Assembly: GCF_009914755.1 (NCBI RefSeq)
Contig: NC_060932.1
Direction: 5' to 3' (one strand)
DNA from: the human T2T-CHM13v2.0 reference genome, Homo sapiens
Length of the DNA stretch: 64,000 nt
Of the stretch, positions 32,949 to 46,581 are shown piece after piece. Under the pieces are notes generated by a model that worked only from the letters and a program-made list of their open reading frames with translations, searched no databases and was not told the DNA's origin. How positions within the stretch are numbered: position 1 is the first letter of the stretch; each line of letters opens with the position of its first letter. The translations under genes and the position numbers were made by a program.

Positions 32949-33089
32949 TTAGGCACATAGCTGACATTCTATTCTCGTTTCATCTAACTCTGTGAGGGCA
33001 ACTCATCTGCACTCTTAGCCAACTCCATTTCTTGTTCATCCTAAAGCCTGGACATTGCTCTAACATAACTCTCTGCCTCTCCTCTAATT

Positions 33090-33142
33090 CTAATAGCAAT
33101 AATAATAACAACAACAATAATAATAATGGTACCAATAATAAT
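33090..33142. repeat. (AAT)/(AAC) mixed trinucleotide repeat
   Basis: aataataataacaacaacaataataataat. Confidence 0.85.
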
Positions 33143-34469
33143 TTCTGGTTCACATTGTATTCGACTTCCAGAATATTCCTCTGAAATTTTAGGGTTGACA
33201 TTTTTATTTTATTTTCAAGAGTTTTGAATTAACAAATTATTATCTCTAAAATAAAAATAGTTTTCAGGACTTTCAGCTTTTAATGTTAATATTTTCAACT
33301 CAAGATACAATTTTACTATTTTATACATTTCTGAAAAACTATCCTCTGCTATATTCAGACAGCTAAAGAGATTTTTAAAACTTACATACTATTGTCATTC
33401 CTATATTAAATATTTTCTGATGCTGCCTAGCTCCTTTTGCTTTCATTTATTTTCTCACCCCCTGAATAGAAACATTTTATTAACACATACTAGACGGTCA
33501 CGCAGGTTCTTAACATATTTACATACCTGTGGCCAAGAATCTGACCCAATTCCCCAGAATCCACAACTTTAAAAGATTTAGCTAAGTTAATATCCCATAC
33601 TGCCGGAAACTGCAAGAAACAGCTTGCTCAAGCCATAAGATATATCTATCTTAAAGGTTTATCCATATGCCATACTAGGGCCTGTTGTGAATGATTATTC
33701 CCTGTCTGTTTCACCATGGCAGTCAGCCTTTGTCTTTGCTACAATCCAAACCAGGGCAGTTTGAGGTGGGTACTACTGAGGGCCAGTTTTGGTATTTGCT
33801 AGCCATCCGTCTGTCTATAATTCCCACATTCCAATTCTGATCTTCAAATTTCCCCAGGGAAGAGTATGCTAGACCCAAGCAGGGAATTTATCACATTTGA
33901 TGTTGGCACAGGTACCTTTAACAGTTGGGCTATTAGCCCTTTAGGCAAATGACTGTAAATATATATGCATTGTTTAATATAAAATTTAGACCTTTATTCA
34001 ATTTTCTACATTGTTTTGAAATTTTTACTTGCATAACTTATCATCTATGGCTTGATTCCCATCAGGGCAAGAACAGTATTTTATGAGTTGTGATTTCTAG
34101 GCTAATGCCTAGAAAACTATACTATGCATTAAATAAATAAATAAGCACCACCAAACCAGAAGTGAGGTTACCCACCCCATATCCACTCCCACCTTTCTTC
34201 TCTCTGCAGTATCCCCTGACATGAATGCAATACACTGTCAAATCCAGAAGTGGGCATGAGGGTGAAGAGAGAGAGCTCCAGGAAAAGTGCTCTAGCTTTG
34301 ACCCAAGGAGCAGAAAACTGCTAAGACCAGGCGAGAATATGCAAATCTCTCCTCTTTTCTACTCTTTCTTCTTATGTGCATGCTTAAGGTAAGGTGGCAG
34401 CTGTGTCAAGGAGAACTCTTAGCAATCCCATAGGAGCCCAAACTCTAAGTCTTCTCATATTTCCCAAGC

Positions 34470-34585
34470 ATATTTTCATTTTGTGGATGTGGAAATTAAG
34501 ACTTAGACCGTTTGAACAGACCAAAGTCATAGAAGTGGTTATGGAGAGATTTGGATCTCCAATCTATTTCTTCTGATTCTATATG
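34470..34585. mobile_element. MIR fragment
   Basis: cattttgtggatgtggaaattaagacttaga...ccaaagtcatagaag is the MIR core pattern. Confidence 0.55.
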
Positions 34586-35177
34586 TTTTCTTTTGCCATG
34601 CATTTTTATTGCACAAGGCAGTGATTTCTATTTTGTACAGCTCTAATTTCAAATTTTATTGTTTCGTATTTCAGTATTTTTAGGGGAGGAAGGAGAGTCG
34701 TGATTGATGCATCCCTTTTCTTCCTTGTTAAAAGCAAAAAGAACATTACTACCATGCAAGTGACTAGGGTGTTATATGGCGCTGTGGAATAAAAGTTAAG
34801 CCTCCTCCCACCCCAGCAAACCAGAATTTCTGGCATAAACATACCTTATAGAACAGATATATCAAATCTACTATGAAATATTTAGCATTCTGGATATCTT
34901 TAGAAGTTTATTCTAGTCCTGGGCTGTTTATTTCACACATATTTAAATAACTAAAAGAGATATTTATAAATTAAATTATATTTATGGAACAATTACTTTA
35001 CACATATTAATAGAATGCTATTGTATTTTAACCAGTATTTTCAAAAAATTATTTTTGCATGATTAACTTTTGCAAGCATAGGTTTGATTTTTTAAAGTAT
35101 ACAATTAAAATTATTCTTATTCCCAAGTCTCTATTATTGCCATTCTATAGAACTTAAACATTGCTTTCTTGCTTACA

Positions 35178-35227
35178 GAAATAAAATAAAATAAAATAAA
35201 ATAAAAATAAAATAAATAAAAACAAAA
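35178..35227. repeat. (AAAAT)n simple repeat
   Basis: aaataaaataaaataaaataaaataaaaataaaataaataaa. Confidence 0.9.
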
Positions 35228-36139
35228 TGAGAAATTATTCCACGTATTGACTTTAAGAATGTGATTCTGTGAATTCTTCCCATTATTTTTGCACTACCAA
35301 TAATGATACCTCTTGAATCCTGCCCTAGCTCTCAATTATTGGCACCATGTGTTTTAGTATCCATGTGTTATGCATGACTAATAATATTCAGTATGATGGC
35401 TTGAGGCATTATTATTATGGTATATATTCTAAAATTTATTGTTCTATTTTCCTGATATACTCAATACAGTCTAGTTGACAGAAATTACATTATTGATGCT
35501 TTAAAACATCTGTCTCAACTCAATTCTGATCAGATTGAAAATTTCTTCTTGCTTCTGAACATTAGTTTAATATACTTACCATGGCTATGATTTTTCTTAG
35601 AAGGAAATAAAATTGTTCTTTCAACTCTACCATAAAAGGTTTGAGGTCATGCTTGACTCTATTCATCCTTGGAAGAACTATAAACACTCTACAAAATATT
35701 TATGGAGATTTTATTCAGAGCAAGTTTGTGAGAACGCTTAGGACATTTTAGAAAATATCTGTATAAGTTGTATACTTCCTTTTCTGATCGCAACACTATG
35801 ATTTTGAATTGGATAGTTCCTAAATTATTGTCCCCTAGATTAAAATACTTAGATTCATGATTATTAAATTTATTTATAAATCATTAAACTATTTCCAATA
35901 CACCTAAAATGAAGTGGTTATTATTATTCAGTGTATGTGTGAATCATACTTTATGGCTAATCTTACCTTTTAGTTTTTCAAACTTGTAATTGTCCTAACC
36001 ACAGGAGGGTTTTAAAATATCCATTTATATTTTCATGCTTCATAATATTCCTCATATTTCTTAATCCATAAATAAGTTAGACACAGTTAGTCACTATTTT
36101 GTGACACCTTTTTCCACTTAATTCACAGGGAACTGGACT

Positions 36140-37278
36140 CTTCTACGAAACTATGGCCTGTCATACTCTTTCTAATATTCTTCCTATCTTGTTTTTAATC
36201 ATTAGAATCTCCCAGATTTTGGCTTTATCTTTTCTTCCTTTTGCTGTCTATACCTACTTTCTTGGCAATCTCACTCATTGTCATGAGCCTTAAATACCAT
36301 TTAACTGCAGACAGAACCTAAATTACTTCTTCCATTCCAGACTTTGCCTGTGTATTATGACCTAATGTATCACACTTTTATTCAACATATCCACCTGCTT
36401 TATCTTCACATCCCCAAATAGCAAACCTTGAGGGCCAAAATATCCAGCATGTCCCATTATCTTCCCCATCTCAGTAAAAAGCACCTTTATCTTTCCAGTC
36501 ATTTATGCCAAAAGTCTCAGAGTCATCCTTGTCTGCTCTCTTTTCTTTGCACCCCCCTATCTTATCTGTCCATAAATTCTGTCTAGTCTACCTTCAAAAT
36601 ATATCCAGAATCTACCTACTTCAGTGCCTTCTCTTTACTGCACTGGTCCAAATCTCTATCATTTCTGCACTAAGTATTTTACAATAGCTTCCTAATTAAT
36701 TCCCTTACTGTGTCCCTACCCCTCTTTCCCTTTCAACACAGCACCCAAAGCGTTTTGGTCTTCATAAGTCACATGTTCAGCTCCTCTGCTCCAAGACCTG
36801 TAATGATTTCCCATCTTTTCAGCAAAGTCAAAATCCTTATCATAGCTACCTCATGTCTGTCCTCCTGGCTCACTATATTTTGGCCAAACCAACCTTCTGG
36901 TTCTTTTTAAAGCATTCAAGACGAGGCACACTTTCAATTCACAATTTTTGCATTTTCAGTTTCCTTTCCCTGGAATAGTCTTTCCCCAAGATGGTAATAT
37001 AAGAAACCCTCTCAACCCATTCACCTCTTCAGGACTTAGCCACAATGTCACTGTGTTAGTGAAGCTTTTCATAGCCAGTCATTTTGAAATTGCACCACCC
37101 AGGGTACCATGTATTCTACTCATAGAATGCATTTTGTCCATCTCTGCTCAATTGGATTTCAGTGCCTTTAAGACAGATATTTTAATTACTTTTATTCACT
37201 GTAAAATTTTAAGTTTCTAGAAAAGAGGCTGGGACTTAGTTGGCTCTCAAGAAATATTTGGTGAAAAATGGATGCCTT
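36140..37278 (+). mobile_element. L2 (LINE-2) 3' fragment
   Basis: taccttcaaaatatatccagaatct; ctgcactggtccaaatctctatcatttct; terminus ctcaagaaatatttggtgaaaaatggatg. Confidence 0.8.
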
Positions 37279-40200
37279 TTGGGCATATCACTATGCTGCA
37301 GATTAACTTCAATTTTTTTCTTATTTTCTGTAAACAAATATAAATTTTGTTTCTTCTGTGAGTAGTTACGTAATTACTTTTTAAAATTTTACTCATGTTT
37401 CGAGATGCCTGATGATGAAACTACACAAATGGTGGCTTAGAAAATGAGTAACATGAAAAGAACACAATTCTCTCTAAGTCTGCATTTAGGCTCCAAAAGG
37501 AGTTTTCTCAAAGCTAGGAGAAAATATATTGCTAACTTTTTGAAATATGGCATTCTCCAATGTAATTAATAATAATAATGTTATATGTATAATAGAGTAA
37601 ATGGTATAGCAATCGCTATTGTTCACTTTTAAAAAGCTATTTAAATAGTAATGTATTTCACCAATTCCTCTAGAATATGGTCTGAGTTTCCTTGAGCACC
37701 TCAAGATAATTGATGTGAGATCTATAATTTAGGATGTAAGATGTGAGAGTGATAATTTAGGATGTTGGATGTAAGAAATATTCATAAAGTAATATACACA
37801 TTTATAAAGATCAGTTTTTGAAACATCATTTGCAATGTAAATATTAATTGTATGCATAATCTTTGTGAATTTAAAGTCAATTAGAAAATATCAGAGAAGG
37901 CCAAGAATTAGAATCAATTATTGCTTAAAAGGACTGCATGTAAAGTGGATATCATTGCCTCAACAGCATCACATAGGAATATTATTACTGGATCTCCCAG
38001 GTTTTGTTCTGTTCTATCTGGACTAAAGTAGATGTAAAAATTAATGTAGGATAGTAGGATAGTATAGAAAAGGTACCAATAAAGTTCAGAGTGTCTTAAT
38101 GTTTTATACATTTTGGTAATTTGGGAAATACAAACATAAGTCAAAGGACCTTATATTAGAGTACCAAGCCCTAAAAATAGAAAGCCATTTCTGTCATTAG
38201 TGAAATTGATAATTTCAGAATTGATATACATTTATGGAGTTTTATAAAGGCCAAAGTTCAGAGAAAATAAAAGACAATTTTAATCTGTGTGGCTTACCTG
38301 TAGTCAACAATTTATTAGTTTATGATAGATTTTTAGAGCTACTTTAAAGTTAAGCAATAATTTTATGTATACACTTTGAATATAATGTTCTAAATTTATG
38401 TTGTATTTATTTAATAATAACACATCATAAAATATTCAAGCAGTAATTGAATATGTTCTATATACAATGGAAACTGAGTATCTTGTCTCTGTATATCAGG
38501 CTTATTCCAAAAAATGACAACTGTCAATAGTTTATTGTTTAACATATTCAGTATTCTAGAAATGTTTTGTGTAAAAACAAGTGTTTGGCTATATATGTGG
38601 ACATATAGATATATGACTGTGTATGTATGTATACCATATATAATCAGTGTTTTTAACAAAAAAGGACGTACGCTATATAAGTTCTGTATCTTCGTTTTTC
38701 TTTCTCATTCAAGATGTATTTTAGAGATCTTTTAGCCTTAGCTCATAAAAAGCTATATCCTAAGCTTTAACAGTGGTATACTATTTCATTGTATTTGGTA
38801 CCATAATTCATGTACACAATTTTCTATTTATAGATCTAGTGGTTATTTCAATATACTATAAACTACACTTCTAGGACTATACTTTTGTTACTGAAATCTA
38901 CAATGAGTTAAGTTCTATATTCTAGATAGTCTATCTCACCAAGGTGATTGTACTCCCAAACTTTAATAGCATGCTTTTCCCCTTATAACTCTCTTTTATA
39001 TAATATAGCTGTTTGAGTTTTATTTAATAAAATTGGAAGTTTCCATTCAGTTTTAATTCTCCCGTAAGTATTATTATTATTTCTTCCACAGCCAGGAAAA
39101 TGGAATCTAAATATATGAAACCAGGCTTTTTCATCTTTAACTACTGAAAATTACTTGGAATTCCACTTTACAGACTTGAACAATTTACATGTAGGGAAAA
39201 TAGAAAACATATCCATTGCTAGATTTGACACTGAAATATATAGACAGTTCTGAAAAACTAATACGTATTTTAAGTAATTGAGAATGAACTACCTTCCAGG
39301 TAATTATTTACATAAGATAATTTAAAATTTCAGAGTGTATTTAATAAACCTCTCTTTAAGCCAATGAGCAAATAGTTGTTCAACAATTTGACTTCATCAT
39401 TATTCAGTCTTCATCTCATCTTCTTTAGATATTATAAAAGACTTTTCTAACAGAGTGAAATAACACACACTGTCTCTATCAAATGTCAATGGATAAATTA
39501 TTTAGGATAAAAGGAGCCTGATTTGTGCACAATTTGTTCTTAAAGCTGCACTAGTGCCTGGTGACCACCCTTTCCTAATGATCATAAAACACTTTCATTT
39601 CCACTGTTGTGACTTTGAGGGAGACTGAGCGTTCTGTCCTCAAATTTTAGTATTCAGTTTTCTCTTTTGGAAATTAGGGTAGCTTTCCTTGAATCCATTT
39701 TTTTTCCTTGAGCTTTGTTTTTTAAACAATTTTACCCTCTAATAATGTCAGATTTGTTGCTACTATCGCCTATAAGTTATGTCAGGGTCTTAGAATATGA
39801 ATTTTCTGAGATTAGAGAATATTATGTATTTTAAAAGTTTCAACATGTTCTGTTATTTGTGTTTTAATTATTCTCTGCTTCAATTCTCACTCAATTATGA
39901 TTGTCTTTCTATTATAGACTAAAGAAAACTATCAGTGTTTTTCTTCACATCGTCCATTAATATTTCAGTTCTTCTAAGCTGGGCACTTCAGGTTTGTTTA
40001 TTATTCCACTCATGAGAAATAATTTGTCTGCTTTACTTTAACTTATGGTATTTTAAACCACATAATTGCTACGTGTTTAACAAGTCAAGCATTGCAGAAT
40101 TGTGTTTAAAAAGTTAATAATCTCCCCCACAGCTTCCCCAAATCGTATTGCTCTGAGTTAAGGCATATTAACATTTTGGCATATGCCCTTTCAAAATTTC

Positions 40201-41184
40201 TTTATGCAAATGTAAAAATGTGGAAAATTCATAAAAATATAAAGTTACTTTTTTCAAAAAAAGGATCATAATGTATGTATTATCTACAACTGTACATTTA
40301 AACATGTGTGTTATAGATTTCCAGAAGGAAACTATGTCAAAATCCAATTCATTCCATTTATAGTTACATAATGATGTCTAGAGTGGATATGTCATTAATA
40401 ATTCACTAATTTCCTATGTGATTATTTATCTGCCTCTACATATAATGTTAGAAGAAATATTATAGATATGTCCATAATACTAGTGCTTTAATTATAGGAT
40501 TATATTTTTTTAAATGGCAATGCTAGGTCAATGGATTTGGGTATTTAAATTTTTCAAATGCATTTGTACATTATTTGTTAAAATTCCTGAACATATTCAC
40601 CTTCCCACAAGATATGTCAGCAAGGATTATTCATCAAGATTGCTAGGCATTCATCTATTTGGACTTTTCAAAAATTGTTTTCATTTTAGTATTCCTTTCC
40701 ACAAATTTTCTTTATATATTATATTAACTTCAGTTTCATCATAATAATTTCTTTCTCTAGATTTGTTTTGGTTTGGGAATGGGTTCTTCTCTAGCCTCTT
40801 AAAATGATTTAAGCCCAGGGATCTTCAGTATCTTTTATAACAATAGCACTAAAAAAAGAATGAATGAATGAAAAAATGAATTCTATCAATTACCTTCTGG
40901 TACTAGTTTCAACTTCTGTCAACAAGCTTTTTGGTAATTATTATCATGTGATATAAGTGTAGAAAATTTATAATTATAGTTTTCGATTAAGAGATTACAT
41001 AGAACACCATTATGTAATTTCTAAGAAAAAATGTTTATTTTTCTTATAATTTTGTTTCTTTCAAATTATTATAAGAGAATATGATCAGATAATATCTAAC
41101 TTATTTTAACTTACTGTGTGTGTGTATGACCTTTTTTTGTTACTTTTCACTAACCTTTTCTAGACATATATTGTTTTTTGTAAG

Positions 41185-41640
41185 AGACCTGGAGCAACTA
41201 GAACTGCTATACATTGCTAGTGGGAGTGCAAAAATGCTGCAATTCTTTGGACTGTTTAGTTTCTTTTAAAGATAAATATACACACGCTCTAATAGTTAAA
41301 AATTTTATTCTAGGTAAAAAAAACAAATGGGAATAAAACATATATAACTTGTGTAAAAATTTTCATATCAGCTTTATTAGTCATAGCCCCAAACAAGGAA
41401 CAATCTAAATGTCCATCCACAGAAGAATGCTATATTTGTAAAATGGAATAATACAATACTACTTAGCAATTAACAGCAAACAAACAGTAATCAAGTGATA
41501 CACACATAAACAGGGATGATGATCAAAATTATATGTTGAATGAAGGAGAACAGACACAGAAATGTACATGGCATGGACTCTATGATTTCATCTGTATATG
41601 ATTTTAGAGCAGCCAAATTTAATCCAGCTTCTATTACACA
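41185..41640 (+). mobile_element. Old L1ME 3' fragment
   Basis: ggagcaactagaactgctatacattgctagtgggagtgcaaaa; gaacaatctaaatgtccatccacagaagaatg. Confidence 0.7.
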
Positions 41641-42965
41641 ATGGGAATTGAAGAGGTGAATTTCAAGCAAATAAATTTTCAAGAAAACATCAAATCTCTC
41701 TCTGGTGGCTAGGAAAAGAGAGATAAAATTATACCTCTGGTACAGCTATTTTAATATACTTCACAATATTCAGGGTGATGATGGATAATATAGGAGTTTC
41801 TCTTTTATGTATGGTAAGAAAATGCTGAAACCACAGTCATAAATAATGCTTTTAAAGGGAGCATAGATATGATTAATATAGAAAATTATTTATTTTAGAA
41901 GCCTTAATGTGCATTTTTTAAACATAAAATGATAACTAAGAGTGCCTGTCAGCTGTGAAGTTAGATATTTTCCTCCAAGGAGATACATATTTTTTTCAGT
42001 TCTCATGGGAGAACTGATTCATGAAGTGGTTACTAAAAAGCCTTGTTAAATACTTAGAACATGAAGATCTTATAAACTTTGGAGAAAGTAGTCTCTCATA
42101 CACTGAAAACTTACTTGCAACAAGGAAAAGGTGGTTTAAGGAATGTTTTATACAATTAAGTCACATAAAAGAATAATCAACAAATATTATCCCAACTTAC
42201 AGGCTGTTTTTATGATGAATTTCTGCCAGTGTCAGGCCCAGAGTAAAGAATGACAGCAGCAGGCAAACTGGCTAATTCACACATCCATTTACTGGCTACT
42301 GAATAACCATAGTGAAGGCTCTCCAAAATCATGTTTGACATAAATATATGTGTATTTTGCCAATTTAGCCAAATCAAAAAGGAAGAATATGTACTGAGTC
42401 ATATGACATTGAACAAATCACAGAATTTTGGTGATTTTATTTTTAAGTAATCTTTAGTTTCCATTTTAGCTCCATTTTCTAAGATTTTATGAGTTGGATC
42501 ATTGGTAATCATGTCTAACATATATTATCACTGATGCCAATGTTTACTAGCAAAAATAAAAAAATAAATATAAGAAAATCACTAGTTGATTTTAGTACAC
42601 TTATTATTAAGTAAAAAATAATATAATTCATTTTATAGAGATACTATAGTATCGATGACTTAAAACTGTATTGGAGCTGTGATTCCTAAGTAAAATTTGA
42701 TTTAAGAATATTTTGTAAATGACCTAAAAAAATCATATAAGCTAAAACACACGTTGTCCTTTAAGTGTTTATTTTAAAATGTACTATGAGGTATGCTTTC
42801 AGGTAAAATGTTAAGTATTCAAGGTGACTAGAAATGTTACATCCAAAAATGACTGTCATTTGCCAATGTTTCAAAATTAAACATCATTTTAGTCAATAAT
42901 AAGAAAGTATAGTAATGTTTTAGATCCCTTAATATGTTAAATGCTTTGAAATTTGTATTCCCTCA

Positions 42966-43105
42966 ACATATTCTGTAAAGAAATTTAATTTTTAAAATGG
43001 ATGTTATAACTGAGTGAAGATTTAAAAGGTCTTTTTTTGTATACTACTCTAGCTTTCACTTAAAAGGAAAACTAGGTCTTCAAGAGTTGCAGTAAATGAT
43101 GGGGT
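42966..43105 (+). repeat. 140-bp direct repeat, copy 1 (copy 2 at 46443-46581)
   Basis: Manual alignment gives about 14 differences in 140 bp, with a shared exact core ctactctagctttcacttaaaaggaaaactaggtctt. Confidence 0.93.
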
Positions 43106-43659
43106 ACCTTGTTTCCTATCTTCAAGTGAACATTAATATGCAAAACATAAAAGAAAATGCACTCAACTTTCCATATATTATCATTAAAATAATAGCTCCC
43201 CTAAAATTCTAGTAATCAATGTGTCAGCTACGTCTTGCATATATGAAATTCAGTCAGGTTTGAACATTTCCCTACCTAATGTTTATAAAGGATCACACAG
43301 TGAGAAAATGCCCAATTTACGCAGTTTATGAGTCATTATCAGTATCTTGCTGCCTGATATTAGAGTCTCTTTTCATTTGTAGTTGTAATTGAAAAAAAGT
43401 TCCTCTTTTTCTTTCTTTCTTTTTTTTTTTTGTTTTTTGTTAAATGCACTTTTTGGGGGATAAATTATGATTTCAAATTTTTTTTCTTGGAAGAGCATTA
43501 AATGTACCTAACTGAAAAATGCAACTGAAATATTAAAGCTAAGCTTAGTACTTTTTAATGTTATATTTCTCTAACATTGCTTCTCAGAAGAATATGTGCA
43601 ATTTTATTCTTTTAAATGTTGACAATATGTATGAACATAGCATGTTTATATGTTTCTAA

Positions 43660-45205
43660 TGTCACAGGATCCTTGGGGTGTCATTTTTCCAACTGGAAAC
43701 CTCTGTGGTTGATGGCACCTTTGCCCGAGTTTTACTCAGACCTCCTGGGCTCCTTCTGCCCACTTGGCCTGGCAGCCTGCACTTGGATCACACTACTGGC
43801 CTAGATCCCATGCCTGCCAAGGTTGAGCCAGTCACAGAGCAGTGAGGGTTGTGTGAGCAAGTTAGCATGGGGTCCGGTCACTGTGCACAGCCAACCACTC
43901 TGGTTGTCACAGGGCAGGCAGCTCCAGGTGTCAGCATGGGTGCCAGCTCCCTGCAAGGCTGCAGCTGGACCAGGCATACTGCAAGCAACTTCCACGGCTG
44001 ACACTGGGGAACACGGTGGTGCCTGGAAGCTTGGAGACACCAGGAACCACAGAGCCCCAAAGAGGATTTCATAGCTCTGGCTCAGGGAGCTCATAGGTCT
44101 GGGCTCCCCAGAATGCTACGGCTCTTCTTTCTTTCTCATTTTCCACAATGTGGCTAGTGGAGGACATGTTTCATCCCTGCTTGTGTTACAGTTCTTTTAG
44201 TCCCACCATTCGGCAGGTCCAGAGCTCTTGCCCCATGTCCAGGAGGAAATATGAGGTACACAGACAACTGGAGTGTGAGCAAGGAAGAGAGAAGCTTCAT
44301 TGAGTGGCAGAACAGTTCTCAGGAGACCCACAGTGGGTAGCTCCTTTTTGCAGGCAGGTGATCCAAAAGTCTCTTCAGCTCTGAGCAGAAAGCAGACCCA
44401 CAGTGCCTAGTTCCTCTCCACAGGCAGAGAATCCTGTCATTTACCTGAGTCTGGCTGAGTCTGGGATTTTTATGGACTTCAGAGGGGAGGAAGTGCATGC
44501 TGATTGCTCCATGACTGGCCAAGGGCAGGCCCAGAAAAAGCACCGTAAGTTCTCAATCTGGTCCATGGGACTGGCAGCTTGTCCCCCAGGCCTCAGGCCA
44601 TCCCTTGCCTGAAGGTGGGGTTTCAACGGGGACCCAGACCTTTCTTCCAAGGAGCCTGTCTGCCTTCTTCTGCCATGAACCTGCCATTCACAGTGCCCAT
44701 GGTGCCAAGGCTGTCCTTGCCAAGGGGTGACTGCAGGCCCATGTTAAGCCACCCTCAGTACCCCCATAGGCCTCCCTCCCATGCTCATCAGAGCCCAAAT
44801 TCCAGAGGAGACCGAGGTGGCAGGGGGCTGGCACGTCAGCACTGTCCTGAGTGTGCACACACCCAGCCATGTTGCAACAGCATCTGGCCTCAGTATCAAC
44901 TTTGCTCCGAAATTGGAGTGCTTGCTGGGAGCAGGGAGAGGCCAGGCAGTGCAATCAGGAACTTCTGAGCCTACAGAGGCAGGGGGACTTCCTGGGCCCC
45001 TGAGAGTGCAGAGGTGTCTGGTCCACATAAACAGCTGGTCAGCTGCAGCTGTTGACAGAAGGGCGAGACTCCCACCCTGCCAACTTGGAAGGGGGCAAGG
45101 CTTCCACCTCCCCCTGGCTTCCGCCAACTCAGTGGGGCATGCAACCCTGGCCACACCTCCTTCACTGCAGCAGAGGCTGCTCCAGATGGGTCACCACTGC
45201 TATCA
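43660..45205 (-). mobile_element. MER52-type ERV1 solo LTR
   Basis: tgtcacaggatccttggggtgtc...caccactgctatca; 1.55 kb, GC-rich; perfect TSD ctaa. Confidence 0.88.
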
Positions 45206-45737
45206 CTAAGACCTTTTATTTTCCAAGTTGGTTAAGTAATTGATAGATTAAAATACTCAGCTTACATACACAGTCACTCACAAATATTGAGTGTATTGAT
45301 TGCTTAGTTCTATTCTATTCAATGTCTTTAAGCCAGGGAGTGGATATAATAATACAACAAAGCAAAATTTTAACTTTCAAAGAGCATATGGTCTAGGAGG
45401 GAAGATTAAATAATCATTAATTCCCAAAGAATGTGATAAATACTTTAAAACTCTATGTAAATCACCAAGCAGTGCTTGTGGTGCTTCATTCACAATATTG
45501 AATATCTAAATTTTAAATCTTTTTTTGTATTATTTTTCCATTCAGCATTTTTAGAAAGATAAATCATAGGGAATAGCAACTATGCATATGTTCGTGTTGT
45601 CCTAGGAGCAGTTTATCCAAATCCCTGTCAGCTTTGTACCTTGGCCAACCTAATCTTTTATCTTTACCCGTAAAATTTGCAAACCTTTTCCGTGCAACTA
45701 CCCTAGACACACACTTTGTCTTCTCTAAGGTACACCT

Positions 45738-46184
45738 TGTAGCAGGTGAACAGTGAATATCTGAGGCCAGTGGTACCAGGGTAAGAAAAATTTACCAAGA
45801 CTGTTGTAGGTAAAGAAAGAGAGATTTATTAAAGAAAGTATGAAAATACATTGCCAGGGAGCAATGGGCAGACCAGTAGGAGAGGAGCTGACTGCAAGAA
45901 GACAAGGGCTTGTTGGGCATTTTTGAGAATGGTACTTGTGCTGTGTTCAGAAGAGGGCTTTGTGTAGTACTAATAATGTCAAGGTTGCAGTGAGTTAACT
46001 TGCAAATTTCTATAAAACAAGGGTGTGATGATAGCTGGGTACAGGAAGACTGTGAGTTATTTGTACAGGAGGGATATGTGTCCTGGACTCCATATAAAGG
46101 CAAACTTATAACTTACATTCTTTCTCTTTTTGCTTTCACCTGGTCCCACCAGCCCAACTTATTTTCCCTGATTAAGAATCCACA
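45738..46184 (-). mobile_element. Solo LTR, LTR47-like
   Basis: Minus strand starts tgtggattcttaatcagggaaaataagttgggctggtgggaccagg; AATAAA on - near 45825; degenerate TSD cacct/tatct. Confidence 0.7.
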
Positions 46185-46353
46185 TATCTCTTAAACAGAA
46201 AATGTTGCTTTTGGTCAATTTAGAACTACTTTGCAGAAGATGATTAAAAAGGTCATATATGTGTGTGTGTATATATGTATACACACACATGCATATATTG
46301 TATATGTATTTGTATATCTATGTGTATGTGTGTATACATAAATATCAGTTTGG

Positions 46354-46433
46354 TCAGGTTGGTGCAAAAGTTATTGCAGTTTTGAGCATTACTTTTAATG
46401 GCAAAAACCACAATTACTTTTGCACCAAACTAA
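46354..46433. mobile_element. MADE1 MITE
   Basis: aggttggtgcaaaagttattgcagtttt...aaaaccacaattacttttgcaccaaactaa palindrome. Confidence 0.93.
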
Positions 46434-46442
46434 TATACTTAC

Positions 46443-46581
46443 ACATATTCTGTAAATAAATTTTATTTTTAAAATGGATGTAATAACTGAGTGAAGATCT
46501 AAAGGCCTTTTATTGTATGCTACTCTAGCTTTCACTTAAAAGGAAAACTAGGTCTTTATGAGTTACAGCAAATGACGAGGT
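46443..46581 (+). repeat. 140-bp direct repeat, copy 2
   Basis: About 90% identical to 42966-43105. Confidence 0.93.

Noticed and set aside
33600-34420. Moderately GC-richer unassigned stretch
   Set aside because: I could not recognise coding homology or clear LTR termini. It is probably an ancient repeat and is left uncalled.
39080-39305. Possible exon (ttcttccacag acceptor, ag|gtaatt donor)
   Set aside because: No convincing open frame or homology; such signals are frequent by chance in AT-rich DNA.
43616-45243. Many overlapping 60-140 aa ORFs
   Set aside because: By-product of the GC-rich MER52 LTR.
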